Below are positions 1 to 11,762 of a stretch of DNA of 64,000 nucleotides, piece by piece (positions within the stretch are counted from its first letter, which is position 1; the number at the start of each line of letters is the position of its first letter). Below the pieces are notes generated by a model. That model did no database searches, was not told the origin of the DNA, and saw only the letters and a program-made list of their open reading frames with translations. The stretch covers positions 4,928,001-4,992,000 of the forward strand of contig CM000151.3 of NCBI GenBank assembly GCA_000004695.1, in the 5' to 3' direction. The DNA is from Dictyostelium discoideum (taxonomy: Eukaryota). The translations under genes and the position numbers were made by a program.

Positions 1-352
1 TATATTGTAAATTATTATTTATTATTTTTTTCTAATAAAAAAAAAAATAAAAAATAAAAAAATAAAAAATGAAAAAATAAATTAATTTATTTAAATTAGT
101 TAATGTATGAATAATTTTAAAAAGGAAAAATAACAATTTTTTTAATAAATTTTTAGAGAGTTAATTTTTAAGAAATAAAAAAATACTTAAATTGGGACCT
201 TGTTCCAAAGGTCCTTTTTTATTTAAAAAAAAAAAAAATAAAAAAATAAAAAAAAAAAAAATTTTATATAAATAATATTTAATTTTATTTTAATAATTGG
301 TTTTTTAAAATTTTATATAGTCGGACAGTTTTGTATTTGTATTTTTAATTAA

Positions 353-612
353 TTAAAAGCTATACATTTGTGGTCTTGTGAATACTGCTGCATTGTAATG
401 TTTATTTGTTCCGACTGTTTCATTTAATTCATATAAACCAGAGGATTCAGATTGTTTATTAATTAAACCTGTTGATTTAATTAATGATGGTGATGATGAT
501 AATAATTGATTTAATGATTCTAATTTTTTTTTTAAAAAAATATTAATATTAGTAATTATACTTTTTTTTTTTTTTTTTTTGTAAATAATAAAAAATACTT
601 ACTGAATAACAT
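353..612 (-). CDS. Small-protein paralog A (58 aa). Two exons: join(353..519,603..612) on the minus strand. Exon 1 is ATGTTATTCA (10 nt); the intron is phase 1 with a GTAAGT donor. Protein: MLFKSLNQLLSSSPSLIKSTGLINKQSESSGLYELNETVGTNKHYNAAVFTRPQMYSF.
   Basis: Hand translation of the minus strand. The ATG is followed directly by GTAAGT. Acceptor ttag|AATCATTAAATC restores a 55-codon open frame ending in TAA at 353-355. The same architecture recurs four more times. Confidence 0.6.
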
Positions 613-1415
613 TTTTTAAAGGTGTTTTTTATAATTAATTAATAAATAAATAATAAATAATTGAAGTTAATTAATTTAATTTTAAATTAAGAAATGAAGA
701 TATTAAAGAAAACTATAGTTTTTTAAATTTTTAGTTTTATTGTTTATTGTTAATTTTGTTTTTATTGTTAATGATTTAAAAAAAAAAAAAATTTCTATTT
801 ATAATTATGATGTTTAGGAAGTGAAAATGGTGGTAATCCATATTTTTTAAATTTTAAAAAGTTAATTTGTAGTTTGTTGTTGACAACATATCTGTATTAC
901 AATACATAATTAAAATTTATTTAATTTTGAATTAAATTTTTTCAAAAATCAGTACACCCACACACTCACACACCACCAAGTATCCTCACCCTTGTGTACA
1001 AGTATGAATGATATACATTTTTTAAAGCAAGTATAAATTAATAAATGATGATCAAGTAATGGAAATTTTAAAAAAAATAAAAAATATAAACAAAACAAAA
1101 AAATAAAAAAAAAGAAAAAATTTAACTTGTTTTAATTTTTGATTATATTTTTTTTTAATGTAATAAGATTTTAATGTAAAATTAAAAATTGAAAATATAT
1201 TATTTTATTTATTATAAAATTAAAAAACAAATAAAACCAAAATAAATAAAATAATACATAAAATATTTCTTTGAATATTTTTTTTTTTTTTTTTTTTAAA
1301 AAAAAAGTTTATTTTTAAATATATTAAAATAAATAATTCGGACATTGAATTTTTGAAAGTCTAATATTACATTGAATTTTTAAAAGTATAATTTAATAAA
1401 TTTTTAAAAAAATAT

Positions 1416-1589
1416 TTAAAAACAATAGCAAGGTTTAACAAAGAATAATGATTTTGCATATAAGTCTGTTGAACTAATTTCATTTTGTTTAAAGTTTAAT
1501 CCATTTTCATTTGTATTGGTATTTATTTTGTTAACCAAGTTTAATGGTTTTGAATTAATGATTTGACTAATTGATTCTATAAAATTTGG

Positions 1590-1623
<34 letters not shown>

Positions 1624-1704
1624 ATGGGTTTTATTAGTAATTGTTTTGGGTATGGTGATTACAATGATTAAGATCTTTGGAAGAAAATACATACTGAATA
1701 ACAT
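1416..1704 (-). CDS. Small-protein paralog B (56 aa). join(1416..1576,1695..1704). Exon 1 is ATGTTATTCA with donor GTATGT. Protein: MLFKSISQIINSKPLNLVNKINTNTNENGLNFKQNEISSTDLYAKSLFFVKPCYCF.
   Basis: Same 10-nt first exon and phase-1 intron as paralog A. Acceptor tttatag|AATCAATTAG. The open frame runs to TAA at 1416-1418. Confidence 0.55.
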
Positions 1705-2403
1705 TTTATTTGGTTTTTTATTTTTATTTTTATTTTCAAAGTTTTTTAAATAAATAATTGTTTTTTGTTTTTATAAATGATTGGAAAAAAAAAAAAAAAA
1801 ATCCTATTTATATTAATTTTAAAAAAAAAAAAAGAATAAAATAAATCGTTTTTTTTTTTTCCAAAAAAATAATGATTTAACTAGTTCGATTTAGGGTTGT
1901 TTGTGGGTTATAAAATATTTTTTAATATTAAAAAAAAAAAAAAAATAAAAAAAAATAAAAGATCAGATAAATTGAGATGGTGTGGAAGTGAGAGAATAAT
2001 AATTATCAAGTATAATAACAAAATTGTTGATGTAATTTATATTCTATTATTTTCAAAGATCTTTGTACACCATAAACCAAAATGAGAATACCTTTAAAAG
2101 ATTCTTTTAAGAATTTGCTTTTTTTTTATTTTATTACTGAAAAAAAAAAAAAAAAAAAAAAAAACGTTCTTTTTTTTTTTTTTTTTTTTTGTTTTTTTTT
2201 TTTTTTGTTAAATAATAATAAAAATTGTTCAATATGATTTAATATTAAAAGATAACTTGTGGAAATAAAATTTATAAAAATAAAAAGAATAATTTTAATA
2301 TTAAAAAAAAAAAAAAAAAAGAGGGACAAATCAAAAATTTTATTATTAAAAAAAAAAAATAAAAAATGGAAAACCCATCTTTTTTTAACTTTTTATTATT
2401 CTA

Positions 2404-2443
<40 letters not shown>

Positions 2444-2621
2444 AAGGAACAGCTTTTTAAAAAAAATAATAATATATATTATATTATTATTTATAAAATA
2501 ACAACAATATTAAAGTTGTTTTAAAAAGATAAAAAAAAAAAAAAAGATAAAAAAAAAATAAATTTTTTTTTTTTTTTTTTTTTCCAGTTTCCAAATTTAA
2601 AATAATTTTTTTTTTTTTTTT

Positions 2622-3317
2622 TTAACCTAATAAACTTGAGAAATCATAAAATCTTTCAGAACGTGACCATACAATTTGATTTAAATGTCTAAATTGTCTA
2701 ATTCTATGGAATGGAATGGCTTCATCTAATTTTAATAACTCGACATCACATAAACCATCGAAACGATCTTCATAGGTAATGATAAAATCTTGAATTTTAT
2801 CTTTTAATTGTTCATCATGTAAAATTCTATTATAAACTTCAATACTTGATGGTAATCTTTCTTTTTTCTTTACATCAGTTTCTTTTTCAATAATTGATTT
2901 TACTTCTAATTTTGTTAATTTCTTTGTTTTATTATTATTTTCATCTGATAATTCATCATTTGATTCAGACTCTGATGGTGATTCTATAGCAGTAGTAGTG
3001 GTTGTAGTTGTTGGTGAAGTTGATAATTTATTTTCTTTTAATTGTTTAATTGCTAATTTCTTTGCTTTTTTATATTCAATTGCAGCTTTATAATCTTTAT
3101 CAGTTCTTGGAATTACTTGACCAGTTTTACAACTTGTATGACCAGAATTTAATTTATTTAAATTATTATTTAATTGATTAGTTTGTAATGAATAATCTTT
3201 ACCATCAATATATGTTTGATCATAATCATAATCTTCATCTTCACTGTCATTATCATAGGTAGTGAATTCTCTTTCATTTGAATAAGTTGGATATGAGAAA
3301 TAAATTGTTGTCGACAT
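2622..3317 (-). CDS. Hypothetical protein, 231 aa. It has an acidic N-terminus, a Thr run, a Lys-rich middle and a conserved-looking C-terminal domain (…DFIITYEDRFDGLCDVELLKLDEAIPFHRIRQFRHLNQIVWSRSERFYDF).
   Basis: Long ORF with non-repetitive codon usage in an AT-rich background, starting at an ATG at 3317. I recognised no homolog. Confidence 0.5.
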   Translation of the reverse strand: MSTTIYFSYPTYSNEREFTTYDNDSEDEDYDYDQTYIDGKDYSLQTNQLNNNLNKLNSGHTSCKTGQVIPRTDKDYKAAIEYKKAKKLAIKQLKENKLSTSPTTTTTTTAIESPSESESNDELSDENNNKTKKLTKLEVKSIIEKETDVKKKERLPSSIEVYNRILHDEQLKDKIQDFIITYEDRFDGLCDVELLKLDEAIPFHRIRQFRHLNQIVWSRSERFYDFSSLLG

Positions 3318-3939
3318 GATTATATATTTATATGTATTTATTTATTTAATATTAAATTATTTGTTTTTGTTTGTTTATTTACAATTGTTTTTAAAAAAAA
3401 AGATATTTATTTATATTTATATATTGGTTTTATTTAATATATTTGTTTAATTTGTTTTGTTTTTTTTTATTGAATGTTTTTTTTTTATTTTAATTTATAG
3501 AAAAAAAAAAATTATAAATTAGAATTTTAATTGTATTTTCTCATTTTTTTTCTTGAAAAACATGAGAAAACGAAACATTTGAGTTTCAAAGAAAAATTGA
3601 GAAAATTTGGTTAAAAATAAAAAAAAAATAAAAAAAAAAATGAAAAAAAAAATAAAAAAATTAAAAAAAAAAAATTAAAAAAAAAAAAAAAAAAAAAAAA
3701 ATTTAAAGAATCCAAAACCCACCTTCAGTGTAAAATAAAAATGAAACAAATAATCTTTTGAAATAATTTTTTTTTTTTTTTATTTTTCTTTTTTTAATTT
3801 TTTTTTTATAACTAAAGTATTTGGATAATCTGGAAAGCTACCACAGTGTTATTTATTTATTTTATTTTATTTTAAATAATAATTTAATTTTTTTTGAATA
3901 TTATTTTTTAACATTTTTTTAGTAAAATTAAAAATAAAA

Positions 3940-4055
3940 CATTAAGAGTAGAGGGTATGAGCCTCGGTGAATATATCATTTCTATTGAAGTGCATTATTA
4001 ACGAATCCTCAGTATAATTGGAAAAATTGTGATGTGCCAAAAGATAATGATGAAA
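3940..4055. ncRNA. Candidate small structured RNA (strand unknown). A ~115 bp island of ~45% GC in a >85% AT intergenic region; it contains UGAUGA-like and CUGA-like boxes.
   Basis: Compositional island: agagtagagggtatgagcctcggtgaatatatcatttct...gtgatgtgccaaaagataatgatgaaattgg. No ORF on either strand. Confidence 0.2.
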
Positions 4056-4273
4056 TTGGAAAAGAAAAAAACAAATAAAACCATTACCAACTATTTTTTT
4101 TTTTTTTTTTGTTTTATATAAAATAAATAAATAATAATTAAAAAAAAAAAAAAAATCATTGAAATCTAGATTTATCTTAAAAAATTTTATTTTATTTTAT
4201 TTTTTTTAAAAATTATTTTAAAATAATGAGTCGCCCAAATAAAATTAAACATAATAATATCTATTAATTATTT

Positions 4274-4551
4274 TTAGAAACTATACATTTGTGGTCTTGT
4301 AAAGACTGCATTATTATAATGTTTATTTGTTCCAACAGTATTATTCATTTCAAATAAATTTGATAATTCATTAGAATTGATTGAAACTTGTACAATTTTA
4401 TTTGATGATGATGATGATGATGATGATGAAAATAATTGATTTAATGATTCTAAATTTAGAAAAAATAAAAAATATAATTTTAAAATTAATATATAATTAA
4501 TTTAATTAATAAAAATAAATTAGTAATAAATTAATACATACTGAATAACAT
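4274..4551 (-). CDS. Small-protein paralog C (61 aa). join(4274..4449,4542..4551). Protein: [61 protein letters not shown].
   Basis: Near-duplicate of paralog A. The similarity includes ~650 bp of 5' flank (compare 349-1010 with 4268-4920). Donor GTATGT, acceptor aaatttag|AATCATTAAATC. Confidence 0.6.
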
Positions 4552-5237
4552 TTTAATTTTTATTATATATTTTTTTTAATTAATAATTGAAGTTAATTTA
4601 AAAACTAATAATAGTATATATATTTTATTGTAATAGTTTTTTTTATTTGTTGTTGTTGATTTTGATTTTATTGTTGAATGATGATATAAAATTTTTTTTT
4701 TTTTCTATTTAAATAAAAAATCAAATTCAATTGAGGAAATGGTAGTTAAAAGTATTGTTTTAAAAATGATGGGATAATTTGTAGTTTGTTGTTGACAACA
4801 TATCTTAAACTACATGACTTTATTTAATTTTATTTAATTTTAATTTTAATTTTTATTTTTATTCACCCACTAACCCCACCAAGCAAAAAATCACGATACC
4901 TTTCACAAGTAAAAACGACTATATTTAGTTTATTTTTCACTTGTGGTAATATTTTAAAATATTTATATATATATATACTTATATATATAAAAATATAAAA
5001 GGGTAAAAGAGGGAAAATTAAATTTTAAAAATCATCATTTTTTAAATTTATATCCTGAATTTCATAACAATATTACCAAAACAATCTCATACTTGATTTT
5101 ATTCAATTATTTGATTACATTTATTTGGTATTAAATTTTATTTGTATCAAATTTAGTTTTCTCATTTTTTTAATAAAATATTTTATAATAAAATCGAAAA
5201 AGTAAAAGAAATAATAATAATAATAATAATTTTAAAA

Positions 5238-5280
<43 letters not shown>

Positions 5281-5431
5281 AATTGTTTTATTTTAGAATG
5301 AAAAAAAAAGATAGTTTATTTTTGATTTAATGATACAAATTTATTGAATTATTTTACATTTTTTAATTTTTAATTTTTTTTTTTCTTTAATTATTTCTTT
5401 TAAAAAAGAAAAATAACAATAATCATTATAA

Positions 5432-5697
5432 TTATAATTCAAAACAATAACTTGGTTTCACAAATAAAATTGATTTTGTTGTTATTCTTAATGAGTTGAT
5501 TTCATTTGAGTTATTTAAATAATTGTTAAAATCAATTGATACATTATTTATTTTATTATATTTAATTATTGAATTTGATTTAAAATTTTGATTTAATGAT
5601 TCTAAAAATTATGTTATATAAATATATATATATATATATATTAGTAAAAATATTAATTAAGATTAATTAATTTAATTTTTTACTTACTATATAGCAT
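5432..5697 (-). CDS. Small-protein paralog D (59 aa). join(5432..5601,5688..5697). Exon 1 is ATGCTATATA. Protein: MLYKSLNQNFKSNSIIKYNKINNVSIDFNNYLNNSNEINSLRITTKSILFVKPSYCFEL.
   Basis: GTAAGT donor immediately after a 10-nt exon 1. Acceptor aatttttag|AATCATTAAATC. The C-terminus VKPSYCF resembles paralog B. Confidence 0.5.
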
Positions 5698-6206
5698 TTT
5701 ATTTTTTATATTGTTTTTCTTTTTTTTTTAAAAAATTAAAATTTTTGGATATTTGTAGAATTGAGGTGAAATAAAATATAAATAAAAAAAATAAAAATTT
5801 TAATTTCTTTTTATAAATCAAAAAAAAAAATATATTAATATATATAAAAAATAATAATAATAATAATAAAAATAAATTAAAAATATTAAGTTTATTATTT
5901 CTTTTTTTTTTGAAAAAAGGGAAAAAAAAAAAAACTAAAATACAAGTATTGTAATTAAAATGTTGATGCAGTAAAATTAATTTATTTTTATTTAATCAAA
6001 TAATAAATGAAGAATAAAATAAAAATTAATAATTTTTAAAATTTCATACATTCCATAATAAAAAAAGTTTAAAAAATTTCTTAAACTAAAATTTGTGCGA
6101 GTGTGGGTGAAATAAATTATTTTTTTTTTTTTATTTTTTATTTTTTTATTTTTTTTATTTCTTGTTTTTACTTAATTTTTATTTTCTAAAATAAAAATTA
6201 TTCCTT

Positions 6207-6207
6207 A

Positions 6208-6267
<60 letters not shown>
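6207..6267. repeat. (ATT)n microsatellite, about 20 units, immediately 3' of small-protein paralog E.
   Basis: Direct reading. Confidence 0.9.
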
Positions 6268-6268
6268 T

Positions 6269-6530
6269 TTAAAGATTTGTCCAAAACATTTGTGGTCTTG
6301 TAAAGACTGCACTAGCTTTTACTGATGATGATAAACTATTTTGAGAATATGAAATACTAGTTAAATCATTATTTTGATGATTAAAATTATTATTTAATTT
6401 ATTATATCCATTTATATTAATTACTTGGTTTATTGATTCTATTAATAAAAATAAAGATAAAAATTTTTTTATTAATATACAATTAATAATTTATAATTAA
6501 AAAAAAAAAATTGAACCTACTAAATAACAT
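6269..6530 (-). CDS. Small-protein paralog E (59 aa). join(6269..6438,6521..6530). Protein: MLFKSINQVINING...SAVFTRPQMFWTNL.
   Basis: Exon 1 is ATGTTATTTA with donor GTAGGT. Acceptor ttattaatag|AATCAATAAACC. The C-terminal AVFTRPQM block is shared with paralogs A and C. Confidence 0.5.
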
Positions 6531-6841
6531 TTTTATAAATAAAGGATTATTATTATTATTAATTAAAATTTGAATTTATTGAATTGGAATTGAAATTCAA
6601 ATTTCAAAATAAAAAATAAACAAAAATATTGAAACTATAAAATATAATTATTTATTTATTATTTTTTTTTTTTTCTTTTATAACATTTTAAAAATTTAGT
6701 TTTTTATTTTTATTTTTTTTTTTAATACAATTATTTTAAAAATAATAAATAAAAAATAATAATTTCAAAGTACAACTTACCACCAAACACACAAACACAC
6801 AAAATATCCAATTAAAATTAACACGTATATCGTGTCAAATT

Positions 6842-6883
<42 letters not shown>

Positions 6884-7743
6884 GAAAAAAAGGGACTAGT
6901 GAATTTAAAAACAAAAGTATACTAATTATAGTATTTTGGAAATTATTTTTTATTTTTATTTTTATTTTTTATTTTATTTTTTTTTTTTAGCAACTGCAAA
7001 ATGGTATTTATTATTTTTTGTAATATTTTAATTTCATTGTATTCCCAATTATTTTTTTTACTTGGTATCTAAATTAAATAGGGGGTGGTGGGTTTACTTT
7101 ATTTGGATTGATAGTATGGATTTAAAAAAAATTATAAAATAAAATATTGTTCTTTTTAATTTTTCCTTTTTTTTTTTTTTTTTTGGTGGTAAAATAATTA
7201 GAATTACAAAATGGTGGTTGGTGGTTCTTATATTTTATTAAAATATCGTAAAATTCTAATAATTTTAAAAAACTTGGGTAAATTAAGATTTAATTATTTT
7301 AAAAGAAAAATAGTAATTTAAATTACCAAATATCATATGTCAACTAATAATTACAACCAATAATTTGGAAAAATTATCAAAAAAAAAAAAATATAATAAA
7401 AGAAAAGAAAATAATAAGTTTATTATTTATACTAAAATAAATTAAATGAAATAAATTAAATGAAATAAAATGAAATAAAATAAAAATAAAAAAAAAATAA
7501 TAACAAAATTTTAGAAGATTTTTGAACGACAAGTTTCAAAACCTTGATCTCACCCAATTAAATCTATTTTTCATTATTGACAAGGCTATAATAATAATAA
7601 TAATTGTAAAAATTGAGACTTTAAAAATAAAAAAATAAAAAAAAAAAAGTGGTTGATTTAAAAAATCATAATCGAGAAAATATATTTGTTAACCAATATT
7701 AAAATTCCCTTAAATTTATTTGAATAATTCTTCATCTCTTTAT

Positions 7744-7821
7744 TTAAATGTGATTAATTCTACTTCAAAGACAAGTCTATAAAAAAATATATAAATGATT
7801 AATTCTACTTCAAAGACAGTC

Positions 7822-7860
<39 letters not shown>

Positions 7861-8447
7861 GAATGATTAAAATAGGGAATACTAACGTTGCATTTGGTGG
7901 AATAACACCACCAGCACCTCTAGCACCATATCCAAAATCTGGGCTAATGGTTAATTTTGAGGTTTCACCAACTTTCATTTTAGCAACACCTTCATCCCAA
8001 CCTTTGATGACTTGACTATAAAGTTTTAGAGAGGGAAAAAAAAAAAATTAGAAAATTATGATTGGGATAGAGTTTAAAAAAAAAAAAAAATTATAGAATT
8101 TGCATACCCAGCCCCAAGTTTAAAATTAAATGGTTGGCCTCTCTTTCTTGATGAATCAAAAACGGTACCATTAGTTAAAGTACCTGCATGCTTTATTAAT
8201 AATTATAGAATAATATATATATATTGTGAATTAGTTTTTTTTTTTTTTTATTTGTTTATTTGATAATAAAAAAAAAAAAAACTTACATGTACAGTTACAT
8301 TTGAACCAACTGGTGGAATATTACCTTTACCTTCTTTAATAATTGTGATTTCAACACCCTGATTTTTTTAAAAAAAAAAAAAATATATATATATTAGATT
8401 TTAATTCATTGATCAAAACGTTTTGTTGTTCAAACTCAACTCACCAT
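7744..8447 (-). CDS. FKBP12-type peptidyl-prolyl cis-trans isomerase (FK506-binding protein). Exon 1 is 8445..8447, the ATG only. Exon 2 is 8287..8358 ([24 protein letters not shown]). Exon 3 is 8108..8190 ([28 protein letters not shown]). Exon 4 runs from 8015 down to about 7873 ([46 protein letters not shown]). The 3' terminal exon is uncertain; duplicated FEVELI-coding mini-exon candidates lie at 7786-7815 and 7744-7780.
   Basis: The translation aligns along its whole length with human FKBP1A ([100 protein letters not shown]). Donors are GTGAGT, GTAAGT and GTATGC; acceptors are tcag, aaag and tatag. Confidence 0.75.
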
Positions 8448-8527
8448 TGTTTTATTTATCAAGTTTGAATTATTTTGTTATGGAAAAATAAAAAAAAAAA
8501 AAGTCAAAAAAAAAAAAAAAAAAAAGT

Positions 8528-8565
<38 letters not shown>

Positions 8566-8736
8566 AAAATTAAAAAAAATTAAAAAAAACTTTTTTTTTT
8601 TTTGGTAACAACATCAACCTGTGGCTGCAATAAATAATACCTCAAATTGAAATAAAATAATTGTATCTTCCACAACTTTTAAAAGAATTCCAATTTATAA
8701 ATCAAAAGGTGTTCAAGTTTTAATTAATGTTTTACC

Positions 8737-9696
8737 TCATCTGAGAATTTTTTTCAAAAAACCCAGGATATTTATTTTATTTTTTTTTATAACCCCACTC
8801 ATTTTTTTTTTTTTTTTTTTTTTTGATCTCCAGATGATTTCTTTTGTTTGATTTATTGTTTTTATTATTATTATTATCTTTGTCATCATATTCATATCAT
8901 CACTATTATCAGTTTCACTATGATTGGTTTCATTATCAGTTTCACTATCATAGGTTTCATTATCATTTTCATTATTTGAACAAACGTTTGGGTTTGAATT
9001 TGTAGAGGATATTTGAGAAAAAGGTAATAGATCATATACACGATGGTTAGAGACATTTGAAAATATTGATAATATTTTAACATTGTATTTGGTATAAGAT
9101 CTTCTATTATTGATCCTATCGGGAGAATGTGTCAATCTATGGTATCTAAATGGTAAATTTTCATCAACACCATGTAATGCCAATGGAATGTTATAATTTC
9201 CACATTTGAATTGGTTATTCGCACAAATTTCAATATATTCATCAACGTTTAATGTTTGAACCCCTAATTTTGGAACATGTGGAGGCGACTTTTGATTTAT
9301 TGATTGGATATGATATTTCATATTAGATTTGATATAATTCCACATGTTTTTAATTGATTTTAAAAATTTTACATATAGGTTTTGGAAGAAATGATATAAC
9401 TCATAGGTAGAGCAATAACCAAACATAAAATAATGATTATCTAATAATTATTTGATGTTATTATTGTTATTTGATTTAATTAAATCAATTAATTCAATAA
9501 ATAGTGAATGATTGGAATTCTCAATTTGATATAGATCAGGAACTGAATCTTCCACAATATTAAAATTTGACAAACCTTGATATAATGGTAATTTGTGTGT
9601 ATTGATTTGGGGTGCTAGTTTCTTATCACCATTACTTGCCAACTTGTTGTTTAACCTAATAATTAAACGTCCATACCCATATTTATATGAGATCAA
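8737..9696 (-). CDS. Two adjacent hypothetical ORFs (9448..9696, 82 aa; 8737..9426, 229 aa). They may be one gene with a frameshift, or two genes. The product has an Asp/Asn/Glu/Thr-rich region and an Ile/Lys-rich tail.
   Basis: ORF track plus non-repetitive coding look. The gap between them (9427-9447) is too short for an intron. I recognised no homolog. Confidence 0.3.
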
Positions 9697-10978
9697 TTCG
9701 ACTTTGTATAATACATGAAGGAAGCCTTTATGTATTATATGTATTAATGGCTCATTAATAAATCAGTGGGAGTGCATGTATCATCATGATCTTTTAAAAG
9801 TTGAGTGATTATTAAAATATAAATATTAAATGTATTTGGTACCAAATTCTTTAAATTGGAATTGAGGATTTACATTTTGACAATCATTTGTTTGAATTTT
9901 ATAAAATTGAATACCATTGATTAAAATACTTGATATTTTTGAAAATTGGATTCCTCCATAAGAATTATTAAATGAAAATCTTCAACCTTTGTATCAAATA
10001 TATAGTATTAAAATTATAAATAAATAATTTTGTAAAAAAAAAAAAAAAAAAAAAATTTTGGTATTGATTACAATAATAATTTGTTTAAAAAAAAAAGATT
10101 TATTTTATTGTTTTTACATACAGTTCAAGTAAATCTGTTTTAACAAGTATTCTTGATACTTCCTTTTTTTTACACAAACATACATACATGCTCTTTTATT
10201 TTTAAAATTATCTTGAAAATGTAACTGCATACCATTTGTTCCAATTAGAATATAATTTAAAAATTCGAAAAATATGTTCAGATTTTCTATCTTTTTTAAC
10301 TGCGTAATTTGCAATATCCAGTTTTTTAGTTGTATTTATTTCACCATAAATACCACGACTTTTTATCTTATTGAATGAAGTAAAATAGATGAATAACCAA
10401 TTTTTTCTTTATTTTTGTCATTGAGAGAAATCTTGATATTTTTTATTGCTGTTAGGATTCCACCATTAGAACATTGTTTACTTGAATTATAATTAAAGCT
10501 TTTTCATATAGATTTCTAATAGTATCGTAATATTAATCGCTACGTTTTTCTTTTGTAGCAAGTACACGTTCTCTTATTCCATCATCTGAAATTAATTTAA
10601 AAATCTGTTTGAACCTACACCATTATTATTTAAACAAATTTTCAATTGATTTAATAGTTTCCAAAAATAAATAAAAAATAAATAAAAATTTTAATATAAT
10701 TTAATTCTTTTAAAAAATAATATATTATATCATTGTGTACTTAAAATTCTAAAATATTATTAAAAAAAAAATTCATTATTATTTTTATTATTAATTTCAT
10801 AACTTATTAAATTTTGATTGTATAATTGTTCATTTTTTCTTTTAATTTCATTATTTTCTTCTATTGATTGGTTTTTGGATCAATTTCTTAAATAAATAAT
10901 ATTTGATGATAATATTTTTAGTTAAATTATCATTTTTATATTAAACGATGTGTTATTAAACACTAATTAATATTGTAT

Positions 10979-11014
<36 letters not shown>

Positions 11015-11460
11015 AAAAAAAAAAAAGAAAAAAAAAAAAAAAATTAATAAACACTTTTTTCCCTTTCTCATATATAAAAAAAAAAGAAAAAAAAAAAAAA
11101 AAAAACCTTTCAATCACATAGGGATACATTATTAAATTTTTTTTTAAATTCCTTTTTTTTAATTTTTAATTTTTTTTTATTATCACAAATATTTTCATCT
11201 TTTTCACCATTTGTTTTTTGGCAGGATAATTTTTTATATTTTTTTACTAATTGGGGTAGTTAAACAACCAATTGTTTTTTTTTTTTTTTTTTTTTGAAAT
11301 AATAAATAGAAGTTATGACATTATTTAATTAATTTTTAATAATCCATAACAAAATTAAATAACTATCTGCTGGTCTTTTTTGTATTTTTTTTCAACTTCG
11401 AATTAGGCTATAATGAATGGTAAAAGAAAACTGTCTACTGATCTTTTTTGTATTTTTTCA

Positions 11461-11710
11461 ACTTTGAAAATTTAGGTTGCATTTGGTGGAATGACACCAC
11501 CAGCACCTCTAGCACCATTACCATAATCTGGGCTAATGGTTAATTTTCAGGTTTCACCATTTTCATTTTAGCAACACCTTCATCCCAACCTTTGATGATT
11601 TGACTAAATTTTAGAAAAAAAAAAAAAAAAAAATTAGAAAATTATGGGAAAAAAAAAAAAAAAAAGATTAAAGAATTTGCATACCAGCTCCAAGTTTAAA
11701 ATTACTAATT
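11461..11710 (-). pseudogene. Degenerate partial copy of the FKBP12 gene segment (exon 4 plus part of intron 3).
   Basis: 11461-11595 aligns with 7873-8015. The sequence gttgcatttggtgg...accaccagcacctctagcacca...tctgggctaatggttaattt is shared. The intron segment gaatttgcatacc...aagtttaaaatta at 11676-11705 matches 8094-8130. The copy carries indels and stop codons. Confidence 0.6.
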
Positions 11711-11728
11711 TGGGTTAAAATAAAACAA

Positions 11729-11762
<34 letters not shown>

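Noticed and set aside
2126-2501. Short ORFs rich in F and K
   Set aside because: They are translations of poly-T/poly-A homopolymer tracts in intergenic DNA.
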